The notes: a model not told the origin generated them from the sequence alone. Counted from the first letter of the stretch, positions 1 to 9,971 are shown. The stretch is DNA of 64,000 bases from Acholeplasmataceae bacterium (GCA_963675245.1 OY775910.1:128001-192000), one strand, 5' to 3'. Numbers and translations: made by a program.

Positions 1-1
1 A

Positions 2-370
2 CCCTCTTGCATCCTTTTCAATATCTTGATCGAAATAACCATGAATATTTTTTTTCTGTGGATATATATAGTTATCAAATTCATGTTTCCATCTATCAAC
101 AAAAATATTATAATTTTTCACTTCAATTGTTTTTTGATATTGATAAATATGTCGTAATTCATGAAATATTGTTCTTAGTAATTGATCAATTTCAGCTGAT
201 TCATACCAAGATTCTTTAAATACGATTTTGTAACATTTTAATATAACCGCTGCTATTATCTTTTTATTACTAAAAATAGAGCCTTGGATAATCTCTATAT
301 CTGGTGGCTCTATGTTTAAATCTCTACACCCATAAAGCAAAGCTTCGTAAACAAATTCATCTCTTGTCAT
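2..370 (-). CDS. HEXXH zinc metallopeptidase, ImmA/IrrE-like (truncated by window edge)
   Basis: Not in ORF track; my translation MTRDEFVYEALL...TIFHELRHIYQ...DIEKDARG is open to the edge; AAAGGGG RBS; directly downstream of integrase. Confidence 0.7.
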   Translation of the reverse strand, partial: MTRDEFVYEALLYGCRDLNIEPPDIEIIQGSIFSNKKIIAAVILKCYKIVFKESWYESAEIDQLLRTIFHELRHIYQYQKTIEVKNYNIFVDRWKHEFDNYIYPQKKNIHGYFDQDIEKDARG

Positions 371-406
371 AATTTTATTCCCCTTTATATTATTTTTTGA
401 GATTTT

Positions 407-1279
407 TTATGCGGGTAGATTTATATACTTGTCGTAATCTCTTTTTACCTTTCTAAAACTAACATCAATATAGTTCCTAGTCATCTCGATTGACTCATGA
501 CCAAGTAATACTTGAATACTTGCTAAGCTTGCACCATTTTCATGAAGTTTAGTTGCGAATGTTCTTCTAAACATATGCACATGTAGCTTATCAAATCCAA
601 GCTTTTCATTCATTCTTCTGAGAAATAGCTTGATATCGTTGTAATTCATTGGTCTATCCTTCAACTGATTATAGAAGAGATATTCCGATTTTTCTTTATT
701 GATTTCAATTAATTTTTGAACTTTAGTTGCTGAAAGCTTTGTAAATAAGACAAATCGTTCCTTTTTGTTCTTTGTGACTTCCAACAGAATATTTCTTACA
801 TCCATATCAACGTTCTTGATCTTAATGTTCAATAACTCGTTGATTCTGCATCCAGTATCTAGAAGCATATAAATGACAGTCTTATATGTAAACGAGTTTG
901 TAGAAAAATTCATTTTGCTGATATACGTACCAATTTCCATCAATTCTGTTTCTGTTAAAATCGGATAATGTCTTTTAACTACTCTAAGTTTCTGCATGTC
1001 TTCCAAATATTGATTGCGAATCCTAAAATGTCTCATAATGCGTTTAAATAGTCCTATATTGTGGTTTATAGAGATATTCTTACAACTTGTTTCATCCTTA
1101 TAATAAATGACCATTTCATCTAGTTTATCTTCTGTTAACTGATTTGTATCAGTTACTTCAAGATATTTAAAACATCGTTCGAGACTTGCGACACACCTAA
1201 TTTCATACAAATGCGTTGCTGGAATCTTGTAAACATTTGAATACTTCATATAATCCTTAAACATTTTTTCTAGTTTCAT
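407..1279 (-). CDS. Tyrosine recombinase/integrase
   Basis: TGCRINE, HMFRRTFAT, LLGH and TRNY give the R-H-R-H-Y catalytic set. Confidence 0.95.
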   Translation of the reverse strand: MKLEKMFKDYMKYSNVYKIPATHLYEIRCVASLERCFKYLEVTDTNQLTEDKLDEMVIYYKDETSCKNISINHNIGLFKRIMRHFRIRNQYLEDMQKLRVVKRHYPILTETELMEIGTYISKMNFSTNSFTYKTVIYMLLDTGCRINELLNIKIKNVDMDVRNILLEVTKNKKERFVLFTKLSATKVQKLIEINKEKSEYLFYNQLKDRPMNYNDIKLFLRRMNEKLGFDKLHVHMFRRTFATKLHENGASLASIQVLLGHESIEMTRNYIDVSFRKVKRDYDKYINLPA

Positions 1280-1300
1280 CTTAATGCCCTCCCTGTATAG

Positions 1301-1516
1301 TTATAAATTGATAACGAATGATCTAACCAAAATGAATAAGATGATCATCATTAAAAGCACTATGAATCCAAGCGGTGTTAGAGACTCTCTAACGCCTTCT
1401 TTTGCATTTCTGATAGCACCAGTTAACCTCGGTACCATCCCAAACAAGAAAATCAATAAACCAACATTTAGAATTGTTTCCCAATTTTCAACGATAAAGC
1501 CAAAGAAGTCAAACAT
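1301..1516 (-). CDS. Small two-TM membrane protein
   Basis: 71 aa, two hydrophobic segments, coupled to upstream gene. Confidence 0.7.
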   Translation of the reverse strand: MFDFFGFIVENWETILNVGLLIFLFGMVPRLTGAIRNAKEGVRESLTPLGFIVLLMMIILFILVRSFVINL

Positions 1517-3762
1517 TATAATAATAGAATAACTACAACTACTATCACAACAACGAATATCAATGCTAATAATTTCTTTGGATCAGAAATTACTCTAAAT
1601 GTGCTGTTCAATAACTTATCAAAGTTAGGTAATAATCTAATAACTATGACAGCTATAATAACGATTGCGAAAATCATGATGTATGTATTCATAGGACTTC
1701 CTTCTGGTGCTCCCAAATCATCTGATGCATCAAACTGATCTAGAATGTATTCTTCATCAATTGTAATTCGTTGGCCAGAGATTTCATAAACAATATTTGT
1801 GATGTTTGCTGAATTTTCAAATATCTCAACTTCATTATGTGCATCAAATTGGCCAATATGAAGTTTATAAAGTGAATTATTAGTAGTATCAATTTCAATG
1901 GTTTCACCAGCCATTCTGCTATAACTTGCCTCAACTTCATTTGCTAAAGTTGTGCTTGGTATAATTGACTCAATTTCATCAATTTCCTTTTGATTTAAAT
2001 CAAATTCAATAGATGCAGCATTAGCAGCTAATATATAACTACCGACAATTAATGCTGGCCATCTAACACCAGGTATCATCGCACCTATCGTCATTGCGAT
2101 TGGTGTAACAACATACAAGTCTTTTTTCCACTGAGGAGTAGTTAAAGTCGTTTCACCATAATCAAGCGAAATAGCAACCATTTGTGTATCCATGGGATAT
2201 GTGTTCCAAAAGTCTGGAATCCCAATTCTGTAGTATCTGTAATCAAATGTCATATCTACATGAATCAGCTTATCTGAGATAACATCTGGCATATAGAAGT
2301 ACGCATAGATATTTTGAGCATCTTCTAGTTTGAAATAGGTTAATACACTTACTTTCTCAGTTGAAATAATCTCATCTGTGGTTAGATTCCAGTGTACATA
2401 TGGTGCCCAGGCTTTTGTTGCTATAACACCTTCATCCGTTTGTATATAGTCAGGTGTTTCTGCATCATATATGAGTTGTAAAATGCGATTCCCATCATCT
2501 GTAAAATAGATTGCTTTTTTTATACCAATCAAAAAGTCTGTATTGAAGTTTTGATATAGTAGTTCATAACTTTGTCCTTGATAATCAATTGTAATAAGTG
2601 CATCCGTACCATCAACATCGATGTAGGCTAATCCAATTTCTGAAATGTCATTGTATCCAGAACTCGAACCAATGGTTGTAGGTAGATCAGATGGTGTAGT
2701 TGCTACTGTTGCAGAACCACTTTGTTGAAAGTAGATCCTAACATCAGTTACATCTTTATCATCATTAAAATTTAATGAATAGGTTGAACTAAATACTACA
2801 TCATCAAGTATTAAATGACCATTCTCAAACTTTGTTGTTTCAATTTCCCATTGATGAAGGACTGAACTGTAATTTGAGAAAAGTGTCATACCATGATCAA
2901 CAAGTCCGTTATAAATGAGTTCTTCTGTATCATCACGATACCTAACTTCAATAACGAGTTTATTCCAGTCATCACCTGGTTTATAAATTCCCCAAGCAGT
3001 TGGCCACCTGTAATCAAGAAATGAAAATGCACCGTTCAACCATAATTGATTAAAGTGATTTTCATCAACCATCTCTGAAGTATTTATTTCTGAATCATCG
3101 ACATTGTTGTAATAAGTCGGTGCAAAATGTACATAAGCTTTATCACCATCAACAACATGCCACCATGAATCATCAACTGAGATGGGTTCACTTTTTAGTG
3201 AATACGTGTATTCAGTTAAATCGAAGAGAGGAAACAAGCTGATGGCATTGATATCTTTATCGTTTACATAGTCTAAGATCATCGCTTGTTCTGAGGAGGT
3301 AATGGAGGGGTTTAAAACAATCGATATTTCCATGTAATAATTTTGATAAGAAGTCAAGTCAACATACTCGCTTCCATCATCTTCAGTTAATAATAGGTCA
3401 TCATAGTGAATATTACTTTCAACAAAATTAAAAATATTTTCTGGTGTTTCCGAATGAAGTGAAGAATATATTTTTAGAGAGGTTGTTTCTGATTCATAAG
3501 AAAGCTGTGCATACTGATCAAGAATCATAGTGATTGCCCCATATTCATCTGCTTCTTCGATGTCTGTCCAAAGTTCTACACCAAAAGATGAAAAGTTGAT
3601 AGGCAAACGATTAGAAACTAATACATCCACTCCATTTCTAGTTGTCATCTCATAATCCACGTTATATTCGAAAAACGATGGACGATCATATGCATAAGCT
3701 GCATTGAGTCCAATAACAAATGTAAATATGAGTAACAGCATTGTTATCGTAATTTTTTTCAT
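1516..3762 (-). CDS. Large membrane-anchored protein, candidate virion adsorption/entry protein
   Basis: Signal peptide (AYA), acidic ectodomain, internal hydrophobic hairpin, two C-terminal TM segments. Confidence 0.6.
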   Translation of the reverse strand: MKKITITMLLLIFTFVIGLNAAYAYDRPSFFEYNVDYEMTTRNGVDVLVSNRLPINFSSFGVELWTDIEEADEYGAITMILDQYAQLSYESETTSLKIYSSLHSETPENIFNFVESNIHYDDLLLTEDDGSEYVDLTSYQNYYMEISIVLNPSITSSEQAMILDYVNDKDINAISLFPLFDLTEYTYSLKSEPISVDDSWWHVVDGDKAYVHFAPTYYNNVDDSEINTSEMVDENHFNQLWLNGAFSFLDYRWPTAWGIYKPGDDWNKLVIEVRYRDDTEELIYNGLVDHGMTLFSNYSSVLHQWEIETTKFENGHLILDDVVFSSTYSLNFNDDKDVTDVRIYFQQSGSATVATTPSDLPTTIGSSSGYNDISEIGLAYIDVDGTDALITIDYQGQSYELLYQNFNTDFLIGIKKAIYFTDDGNRILQLIYDAETPDYIQTDEGVIATKAWAPYVHWNLTTDEIISTEKVSVLTYFKLEDAQNIYAYFYMPDVISDKLIHVDMTFDYRYYRIGIPDFWNTYPMDTQMVAISLDYGETTLTTPQWKKDLYVVTPIAMTIGAMIPGVRWPALIVGSYILAANAASIEFDLNQKEIDEIESIIPSTTLANEVEASYSRMAGETIEIDTTNNSLYKLHIGQFDAHNEVEIFENSANITNIVYEISGQRITIDEEYILDQFDASDDLGAPEGSPMNTYIMIFAIVIIAVIVIRLLPNFDKLLNSTFRVISDPKKLLALIFVVVIVVVVILLL

Positions 3763-3763
3763 C

Positions 3764-4459
3764 TTAGTGTTTACCTCTTTTTTTTCGTATCTTTGAAATA
3801 ATAAATATTACAACAATCAAACAAACCAGGAAGACAATAACGATGTTATCTGTTACTACTTCCCAAAACGAACTTGTTACAGGACCTTCAATTTCCATGT
3901 CTGGAACGATTTGATTTTCTGGAGAAACTTTGATGTAGGTTGAATATGTCTCTTCTGATCCATTAGTAGATAAAATCCTAAATTCAAATAGATAAATACC
4001 TGGTGTATTTGGATTATCATCATATTGATTTGTAATGACTACAACACTTGATTGAGAGTCGATTAAAAGTTGTTTAGCATTAATAAATGTATTGATAATC
4101 TCGTTGTTTGTGAGGGTTGTATCTTTGTATACATAGATCACATCATCATCCGTAACAGCTATGACGTCTCCAAGGGTTTGCATGACCCGAATAGATACTT
4201 CTTTTGTGTATGTAGCTACACCGATAGTAATTGTGTATAAACCAGGTATGTCACCATATCCAACATAGTTTTCTGATATGACCTCAGGATCCCCAAACTC
4301 TGATGTATATAGTGTGAGGATATTACTGAGGGTTAGAATCTTATCATATTGTTTTTGAATAACTGATGGACCTTCTATGGGTTCTTCAGCTGCAAAAGCA
4401 TGTACAGTGGTGAAGAGGAAAGCCATAGCTATTAAAATTGTAAGTATGACTTTTTTCAT
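3764..4459 (-). CDS. C-terminally anchored exported protein, putative virion protein
   Basis: Signal peptide (AFA), two PG(L/I)Y Ig-like motifs, C-terminal TM plus basic tail. Confidence 0.6.
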   Translation of the reverse strand: MKKVILTILIAMAFLFTTVHAFAAEEPIEGPSVIQKQYDKILTLSNILTLYTSEFGDPEVISENYVGYGDIPGLYTITIGVATYTKEVSIRVMQTLGDVIAVTDDDVIYVYKDTTLTNNEIINTFINAKQLLIDSQSSVVVITNQYDDNPNTPGIYLFEFRILSTNGSEETYSTYIKVSPENQIVPDMEIEGPVTSSFWEVVTDNIVIVFLVCLIVVIFIISKIRKKRGKH

Positions 4460-4470
4460 AGAATCACCCC

Positions 4471-5979
4471 TTAACGTTTTTTACTTGCAAGTAGTGCTAC
4501 CGCAATAACTAAGATAAGGATACCAATCCAGTAATCCTGAATAAATTGAAAAAATTCACTTAATTCTGCATCGGATATATCATCTGGTGTGTCATCAGGA
4601 GTGTCATCGGGTGTATCGTCTGGTGTATCATCAATACCATCTGGTAAATCATTATTGTCAAGCGCTTCACCTGTGGTGGAATCAACAGTTTTGCCATATA
4701 AGACAATATCACCATTTATCACATAAGGTGTTGATCCTTCAAATAAAACGGTATACGTTGAATCTAAATACCAATCTTCTACTTCATAACCATTTTCATG
4801 AGATACACTTGGAATACTCACAGATGATCCAGGTCTATAATATTCAACTTCAGTTTGACCAAAATAATTTAGTGTGAAGGTTACATGTTCATTATCAAAA
4901 ACATCATAATTTGTTAAATATAAGAGAATTTGTTCTGAATCCGAAAATTGAAGTCCAAGTCCAGAACCACTAATCGATACAGTAGAACTTCCTGGAAATC
5001 TAAAGATTTCTACCACTAATGTTGAAGGTAAATCGGGAATATTAACAACTTGTTTAACTTCTCCCCCAATTGTTAGTACTAGAAAATCAAAGTATGTTTT
5101 TCCTGAAGATATAGTGATTTGAGATGGTTCTGCACTGTTTTGTGAGATAATTTGAGGATCAATAAAGTAATAACTATCAGTGTTGGTAATGTATGAACTA
5201 TCTTCAAGTTCGGATAATACAAAATCATGAGTTGCAGCACCTAAAGAAGTGCTGATAGATAATTCATCCGGTAAAACAAATATCCATTTTGCATATAAAT
5301 CTAGATCAGTTTCCAAAATTACATTGAATTCGAATTCATTCTCATATGTGGTTGAAGTATACCAACCACCAAAGGTATAACCTTCTTTTGTGGGTGTTGT
5401 TACAGGACTTGTTACTAATTTATTAGTGGTTGACTCTTGAAAAAGTAACGTTTCATCATCATAGTAATTAATGTTTGATTCGACAATATCACCACTGATT
5501 TCATAAACTTGTAATTGGACAGTGTAATTGATAAATTCACCAAAACCTGTATTTTCTGGAAAACGAATTTTAAGATAGATACCACTACTACCACCGGCAG
5601 TAACATATCGTGTAAATGTTTGATTGTTTATTAAAAATGGTGAGGTGTATGATTGTTCAGAAAGACCCATCACAAAAACTGGAAATTCAGAAGCTCCAGT
5701 TAGTGTCCCTGAAGTATGTGTCAATACAATTTTGTATAAATTATCAGTGATAAAACTAGAATTATATTGATTTATATAAATTTGTGAATATTCAATGGTT
5801 TCAGTATATGAGCCATTTAGTGTAATATATTCACCATCAAAACTATAAGATACTGATTCATCAATGGTATCAGATTCAGCATTTAATGTTATTAGTGTCT
5901 CAGTTTCAGCAGCAAAAGTTGTGGTTGTAGAAATCGTGACAGCTATTAAGAGTAAAAATGTGATTAGGAATTTTTTCAT
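4471..5979 (-). CDS. Surface protein with InlB B-repeat (Listeria-Bacteroides repeat) domains
   Basis: PTKEGYTFGGWY...DLDLYAKW plus a second degenerate copy; DDTP linker; C-terminal TM. Confidence 0.75.
   Translation of the reverse strand: MKKFLITFLLLIAVTISTTTTFAAETETLITLNAESDTIDESVSYSFDGEYITLNGSYTETIEYSQIYINQYNSSFITDNLYKIVLTHTSGTLTGASEFPVFVMGLSEQSYTSPFLINNQTFTRYVTAGGSSGIYLKIRFPENTGFGEFINYTVQLQVYEISGDIVESNINYYDDETLLFQESTTNKLVTSPVTTPTKEGYTFGGWYTSTTYENEFEFNVILETDLDLYAKWIFVLPDELSISTSLGAATHDFVLSELEDSSYITNTDSYYFIDPQIISQNSAEPSQITISSGKTYFDFLVLTIGGEVKQVVNIPDLPSTLVVEIFRFPGSSTVSISGSGLGLQFSDSEQILLYLTNYDVFDNEHVTFTLNYFGQTEVEYYRPGSSVSIPSVSHENGYEVEDWYLDSTYTVLFEGSTPYVINGDIVLYGKTVDSTTGEALDNNDLPDGIDDTPDDTPDDTPDDTPDDISDAELSEFFQFIQDYWIGILILVIAVALLASKKR
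4579..4632. repeat. Imperfect 12-bp tandem repeat encoding (DDTP)x4
   Basis: DDTPDDTPDDTPDDTPDD in translation. Confidence 0.85.
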
Positions 5980-5999
5980 AAGATGCTCCTTTTTGTTTT

Positions 6000-6490
6000 G
6001 TAGTTCCCCTACGGGTCGGGCTATACGGCTTACTTAATCGCAGATTAAGAACGCTCTTCTATCCCTAACTTAAGTGTTTAAACGTTGCAAGCAACCATTA
6101 AACACTAAATTGGTAGTCTAATTCAATGAATATTACATATTCATAGAATTAAATGACTGGGAAAATTAATTATATCGATAAAAATTTATATCAATAAACT
6201 TCTAATATTTTGTTTTTTGATTAAAAAATACAGAAAACTGCATTCGGTTAACCATTGCAAGCAATCGATAACCTGTATCTTGATGACTTAATTAAGAGAA
6301 TATAAATATTCTCCTAATTAATAAAGAAATTTTTTTATCAAAGTTATATACCTTTCAGGACTTATTCCATGGTACATTGACATTTGGTTCCGATTTATCG
6401 ATTTTTGAAAGGCTACCGGCAAAAGGTATGTGATCCTTTTGCCTTTCTTTTGGGAATAATCGATATCACCAAATGTCAATGTCTTTCACG
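6000..6490. other. Structured non-coding intergenic region (candidate ssDNA origin/packaging signal/terminator)
   Basis: Several hairpins including perfect 15-bp IR ACATTGACATTTGGT 6374-6388 / 6468-6482 enclosing GGCAAAAGG/CCTTTTGCC. Confidence 0.6.
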
Positions 6491-6506
6491 GCATAATATA
6501 TAACTT

Positions 6507-6764
6507 TTAGTGTCGGTTTCTAAGATAGCGTCTAGCAAATAATAGAAACGTGAATACAGCTACGACGAGTAAATAGAAAGCTGCATTATCAACGAATGTC
6601 GTGTTAAGCTGTGTAAACCAATCGACAAATTTAAACCAGACAGTTTCATTTGCGATAGCATCTGCACTCACTGTTATCATCGGCACAAATACGATACCTA
6701 AGACCATAACTACCACTAAAGCGATAACGACATTAATAAGTTGATTTCTTGTTTTTTTTGACAT
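6507..6764 (-). CDS. Procoat-like small membrane protein (candidate major virion protein)
   Basis: Leader ending ADA, ~49-aa mature part with amphipathic helix, TM and basic tail RRYLRNRH; strong AAGGAG RBS; followed by large hairpin. Confidence 0.55.
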   Translation of the reverse strand: MSKKTRNQLINVVIALVVVMVLGIVFVPMITVSADAIANETVWFKFVDWFTQLNTTFVDNAAFYLLVVAVFTFLLFARRYLRNRH

Positions 6765-6777
6765 GTTGTAATTCTCC

Positions 6778-7287
6778 TTAAGTTAAATTGTTAGAAATGT
6801 AGTAAACCTTTAATATGCCAATTTTGGCATCTTTTGTAATTTCATATAAACCATCTAGTTCATATAAATATCCTTCTTGAATTGCATCATATAAGAATTC
6901 GACATTTATGTTCATGAACCATGATTTAGGCACTTCTGTGAGAATGAAATTTAGTACTTCATCTTCACAATCAAAGTATTTTTGATTGAATACAGTCAAG
7001 TCTGAAACATCAAATTGTTGATACATTTTATCAATGAGGATTGTTTCAAGTTTGATTTCTTCAATCATTTTTTGTTTGGCAAGCATCGTGTATTGGAAAT
7101 ATATAATTGCAATGACGCCAAATAAGATTAACGTTGCTAGTCTAATTAACGCGATTGCATCAATTTGAGAAACACGATTGAGCAAATCTACTAGATCGAC
7201 TAATAATGTTATTTCATACAACACTAAGATTGCTATTAAGATATATTCATATCTTGATGATTTTACATATTTTGCTGTTTTATTCAT
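6778..7287 (-). CDS. Hypothetical membrane protein
   Basis: Two N-terminal TM segments; start placed at MNKTA after GGAG. Confidence 0.65.
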   Translation of the reverse strand: MNKTAKYVKSSRYEYILIAILVLYEITLLVDLVDLLNRVSQIDAIALIRLATLILFGVIAIIYFQYTMLAKQKMIEEIKLETILIDKMYQQFDVSDLTVFNQKYFDCEDEVLNFILTEVPKSWFMNINVEFLYDAIQEGYLYELDGLYEITKDAKIGILKVYYISNNLT

Positions 7288-8443
7288 TTTCTTCTCCAAG
7301 GTATTCTTTTAAGTTTTTTATTGTATCTGATATGTCTTCTAAATTAATTTTTTTATTTCCATTATTTTCTCTGTAGTTGTTAATCATTGCTACATCTTGG
7401 GGTTTCAGTTCTTCTAAACCAGATAGCACATTTCTCATCATGTAATCCATAAAACTTTCATTACCATCAAATCCCGCATAGAATGCAGCATTCACTTTTT
7501 TTAATGATCGTTTATACCATGACTTTCTTTTTTCGATAGTTGTTTCTACACGATGTTTTACGTTTAAATCAATTTTCTCAACACTTTCCAGAAAAGCTAA
7601 CCAGCGATCGTCGGTTTTCCATCTACTAACTTGATGGTTATTTTTATTTGGCTGTTTCAGATCTAAACAGTTAATCAAGAGTTCTCTAGCATAAGTCATA
7701 AATTGAGCTGAGTTGTTCTCCTGAATTGAAACTGCATATATTTGCGTAACTGCATCAGCTTTTTCATTAACGAATCTCATTTCATATCGGTACCAAATAT
7801 CAGTATCTAGATCTGGTTCATTTCTTGCATTTCGTTCAAGTCTTTTATCATAAATCTGAAGTTGATTTGAACCCGCGCTACCAAGGGTAATCGTAAAACC
7901 TTCTGATATAACTAGATTGCTGCTATATCTTTCAGTGAATTGATAATTAATTTTTCTAAATGGACTCACAAAATGTTTGTTCCTCAAAATAGGTTCAATG
8001 TCGTAAATATCAATTTGTTCTCCATCAAAATCATCAATCGCAATATCAATTCTTTTAAAGCTAGCATCTTGTTCAATGAGAAAGGATAATAATTTAGTCC
8101 AATTGCCATCAAGAAAATTTTCAAATTCTCTACAAGCTTGGCCACTCATGAGTAGATTTATAGAATATCTACCATTTGCATTTTTAGTGTGTTCACCTCC
8201 GAAAAGTATTTTAATGTGTTCGCCTATTACATAGGCATTGGTATATCCTCTGACAGATTGTCCTATAGGTAAATTAAGATAACTGTCATGAAATCCTAGT
8301 AACTGAATAAAGTTGGTAAATAGATTCATATCACCAGATAATTGATACAAATTTTTGCTTGCTATGTGTACATCGACAAAATCCATTGAAACGGATAAAA
8401 AGTCAATCAGAACGCGTTTTTTAAGTTTCCGTTTTTCTATCAT
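7280..8443 (-). CDS. Rep_trans-family rolling-circle replication initiator
   Basis: RIDIAIDD, TITLGS...QIYDK (catalytic Tyr), WYRYEMRF motifs. Confidence 0.9.
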   Translation of the reverse strand: MIEKRKLKKRVLIDFLSVSMDFVDVHIASKNLYQLSGDMNLFTNFIQLLGFHDSYLNLPIGQSVRGYTNAYVIGEHIKILFGGEHTKNANGRYSINLLMSGQACREFENFLDGNWTKLLSFLIEQDASFKRIDIAIDDFDGEQIDIYDIEPILRNKHFVSPFRKINYQFTERYSSNLVISEGFTITLGSAGSNQLQIYDKRLERNARNEPDLDTDIWYRYEMRFVNEKADAVTQIYAVSIQENNSAQFMTYARELLINCLDLKQPNKNNHQVSRWKTDDRWLAFLESVEKIDLNVKHRVETTIEKRKSWYKRSLKKVNAAFYAGFDGNESFMDYMMRNVLSGLEELKPQDVAMINNYRENNGNKKINLEDISDTIKNLKEYLGEENE

Positions 8444-8454
8444 TGCACTTAGTC

Positions 8455-8476
8455 AGGGGGTGTTACTACACCCCCT
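8455..8476 (-). promoter_or_regulatory. Putative double-strand origin/nick hairpin
   Basis: Perfect AGGGGGTGT-tact-ACACCCCCT hairpin just upstream of rep; minus strand reads GTAACA at the loop, like Rep_trans/MOBT nic hairpins. Confidence 0.6.
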
Positions 8477-8482
8477 CGCTAA

Positions 8483-8668
8483 TCATCGTTGCTCTTTCTC
8501 AGATATTTCATTGAATTGTTCAACTATTTTTTTCACATAGTTATCATTCAATTTCTGCTGCTTTTTGATGAAAGCATTAAATCGAGCAATGATGAATAAG
8601 TAATCGAGGACTAAGACGATTAAAATTGCAATAAGTATGATTCGTATTTCGTCAGAAGTTAATGTCAT
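8483..8668 (-). CDS. Small single-TM protein
   Basis: 61 aa, N-terminal TM, overlaps ATPase end, GGTGGTG RBS. Confidence 0.6.
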   Translation of the reverse strand: MTLTSDEIRIILIAILIVLVLDYLFIIARFNAFIKKQQKLNDNYVKKIVEQFNEISEKEQR

Positions 8669-9971
8669 CTACACCACCACCCATCATGTCTTCATCTTTG
8701 AAGTAGCCGGGATTAAAATACCAATTGATTTCTGATGACTTTGTCTGTGTAGCTGCAAGCAATTCATTTTGGATAATTCTGTAGAAATGAGTATCATATG
8801 TTCCAAAACAATACATAGTAGGTATGTGAAAGATTAGTTTGTCATAATAGATTGAGTCTCTTTTTTTGACATCCTCTTCTGATGCGTAGTTCCAAATTTC
8901 ATATTTGTTAAATCCAATAGATATAAGGAACCATTTGATGTGCAATAATTTATTAAGGATTTTTCTTTCAACATTTACAGTTTCAAAATAATGTTTCGTG
9001 TAATCTTCATAGGTTGTTTCTTTTGAAATCGTGTTTAATATTTTTTTGAGGAGGTAAGGAATGAAAAGTCTAAATAATTTGTATACACTAAATGAGAATG
9101 CAATAAATAAATTGATTAATTCAAATGTGAAATTGTAATTGCCTACTACTTTTATTGGTTTTGGTAACCATAAATTTGATTGTGTTAAAGATCTAAATTT
9201 CTTGATTTCATCTCTAACATCTTGCTTGGTTGTAATCATCCGGTTTCGTTCCTGGTGTATTTGACCAAACTTTCTACGATAATCTTTATCTCCAGCCTCT
9301 TCTTTTACATCTTCATAACGTTTATTTGCACCTATTTCATCAGACGCTTCATCAATGAGTTCGATCATGTAGTCATATATCGAATAATCTTTCAGAGCGT
9401 ATGCATCATGAATTTTTTGTTGCTCGATTTTATAATTGAAATTAAATGAAAATGTTACATGTGAATAAAAGTTTGTTTTGGAGTGAACATAGTTTTTTCT
9501 GAAGTTTAAAACCCAATATGCAAAGATATAATCTTGAAATTGTTCTTTAGATTTTTTTGATGTAATAAAATTTAATATGAGTGATTGGTTTATTTTTTGG
9601 TTTTTGATTTCTTTTAATGTTTTTTCATAGATGTATTGAAATTCTATAGTTTCATTTTTTTTGAAGTATTCATCAAGAAGTTTATTGATAATTGAAAAAT
9701 CTAATTTGTTATAAATTATCATAATTTCTGAAAGTAATAATTTTAATTTTTCTTCTATTTCAATTTGGTAGATATGACTTAACCCAGATTGAAAGCTTGT
9801 TTTGCCTGTTCTAATCGCTCCATTAATGGAGATTAGAAAACCAAGTAAAGAAGCTTTAATTTTGGATGCTTCATATTTATGATTAAGATATCCCCGATGT
9901 ATTGTAATTGAAACGAGAGGTACTATTATTATTGAGTCAATGATTAGTAAAAGGATAATTATGCTACTCAC
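8652..9971 (-). CDS. Membrane-anchored P-loop ATPase, Zot/pI-like morphogenesis protein
   Basis: N-terminal TM, Walker A GAIRTGKT, Walker B IELIDEA; GGAGG RBS. Confidence 0.7.
   Translation of the reverse strand: MSSIIILLLIIDSIIIVPLVSITIHRGYLNHKYEASKIKASLLGFLISINGAIRTGKTSFQSGLSHIYQIEIEEKLKLLLSEIMIIYNKLDFSIINKLLDEYFKKNETIEFQYIYEKTLKEIKNQKINQSLILNFITSKKSKEQFQDYIFAYWVLNFRKNYVHSKTNFYSHVTFSFNFNYKIEQQKIHDAYALKDYSIYDYMIELIDEASDEIGANKRYEDVKEEAGDKDYRRKFGQIHQERNRMITTKQDVRDEIKKFRSLTQSNLWLPKPIKVVGNYNFTFELINLFIAFSFSVYKLFRLFIPYLLKKILNTISKETTYEDYTKHYFETVNVERKILNKLLHIKWFLISIGFNKYEIWNYASEEDVKKRDSIYYDKLIFHIPTMYCFGTYDTHFYRIIQNELLAATQTKSSEINWYFNPGYFKDEDMMGGGVDDINF

Noticed and set aside
7..219. 70-aa plus-strand ORF and similar short antisense/nested ORFs (e.g. 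1284, 4587, 15285, 29170, 45405, 50887, 60455)
   Set aside because: Shadows of well-supported genes or RNA elements on another frame or strand; no RBS or motifs
407..1279. Integron integrase or chromosomal XerC/D
   Set aside because: No IntI-specific insertion or attC sites recognised; embedded in a viral operon ending at a tRNA att
7280..9971. Conjugative ICE (MOBT relaxase + coupling protein)
   Set aside because: No VirB4-sized ATPase or T4SS genes; procoat-like and spike-like genes favour a virus, though an IME is not excluded
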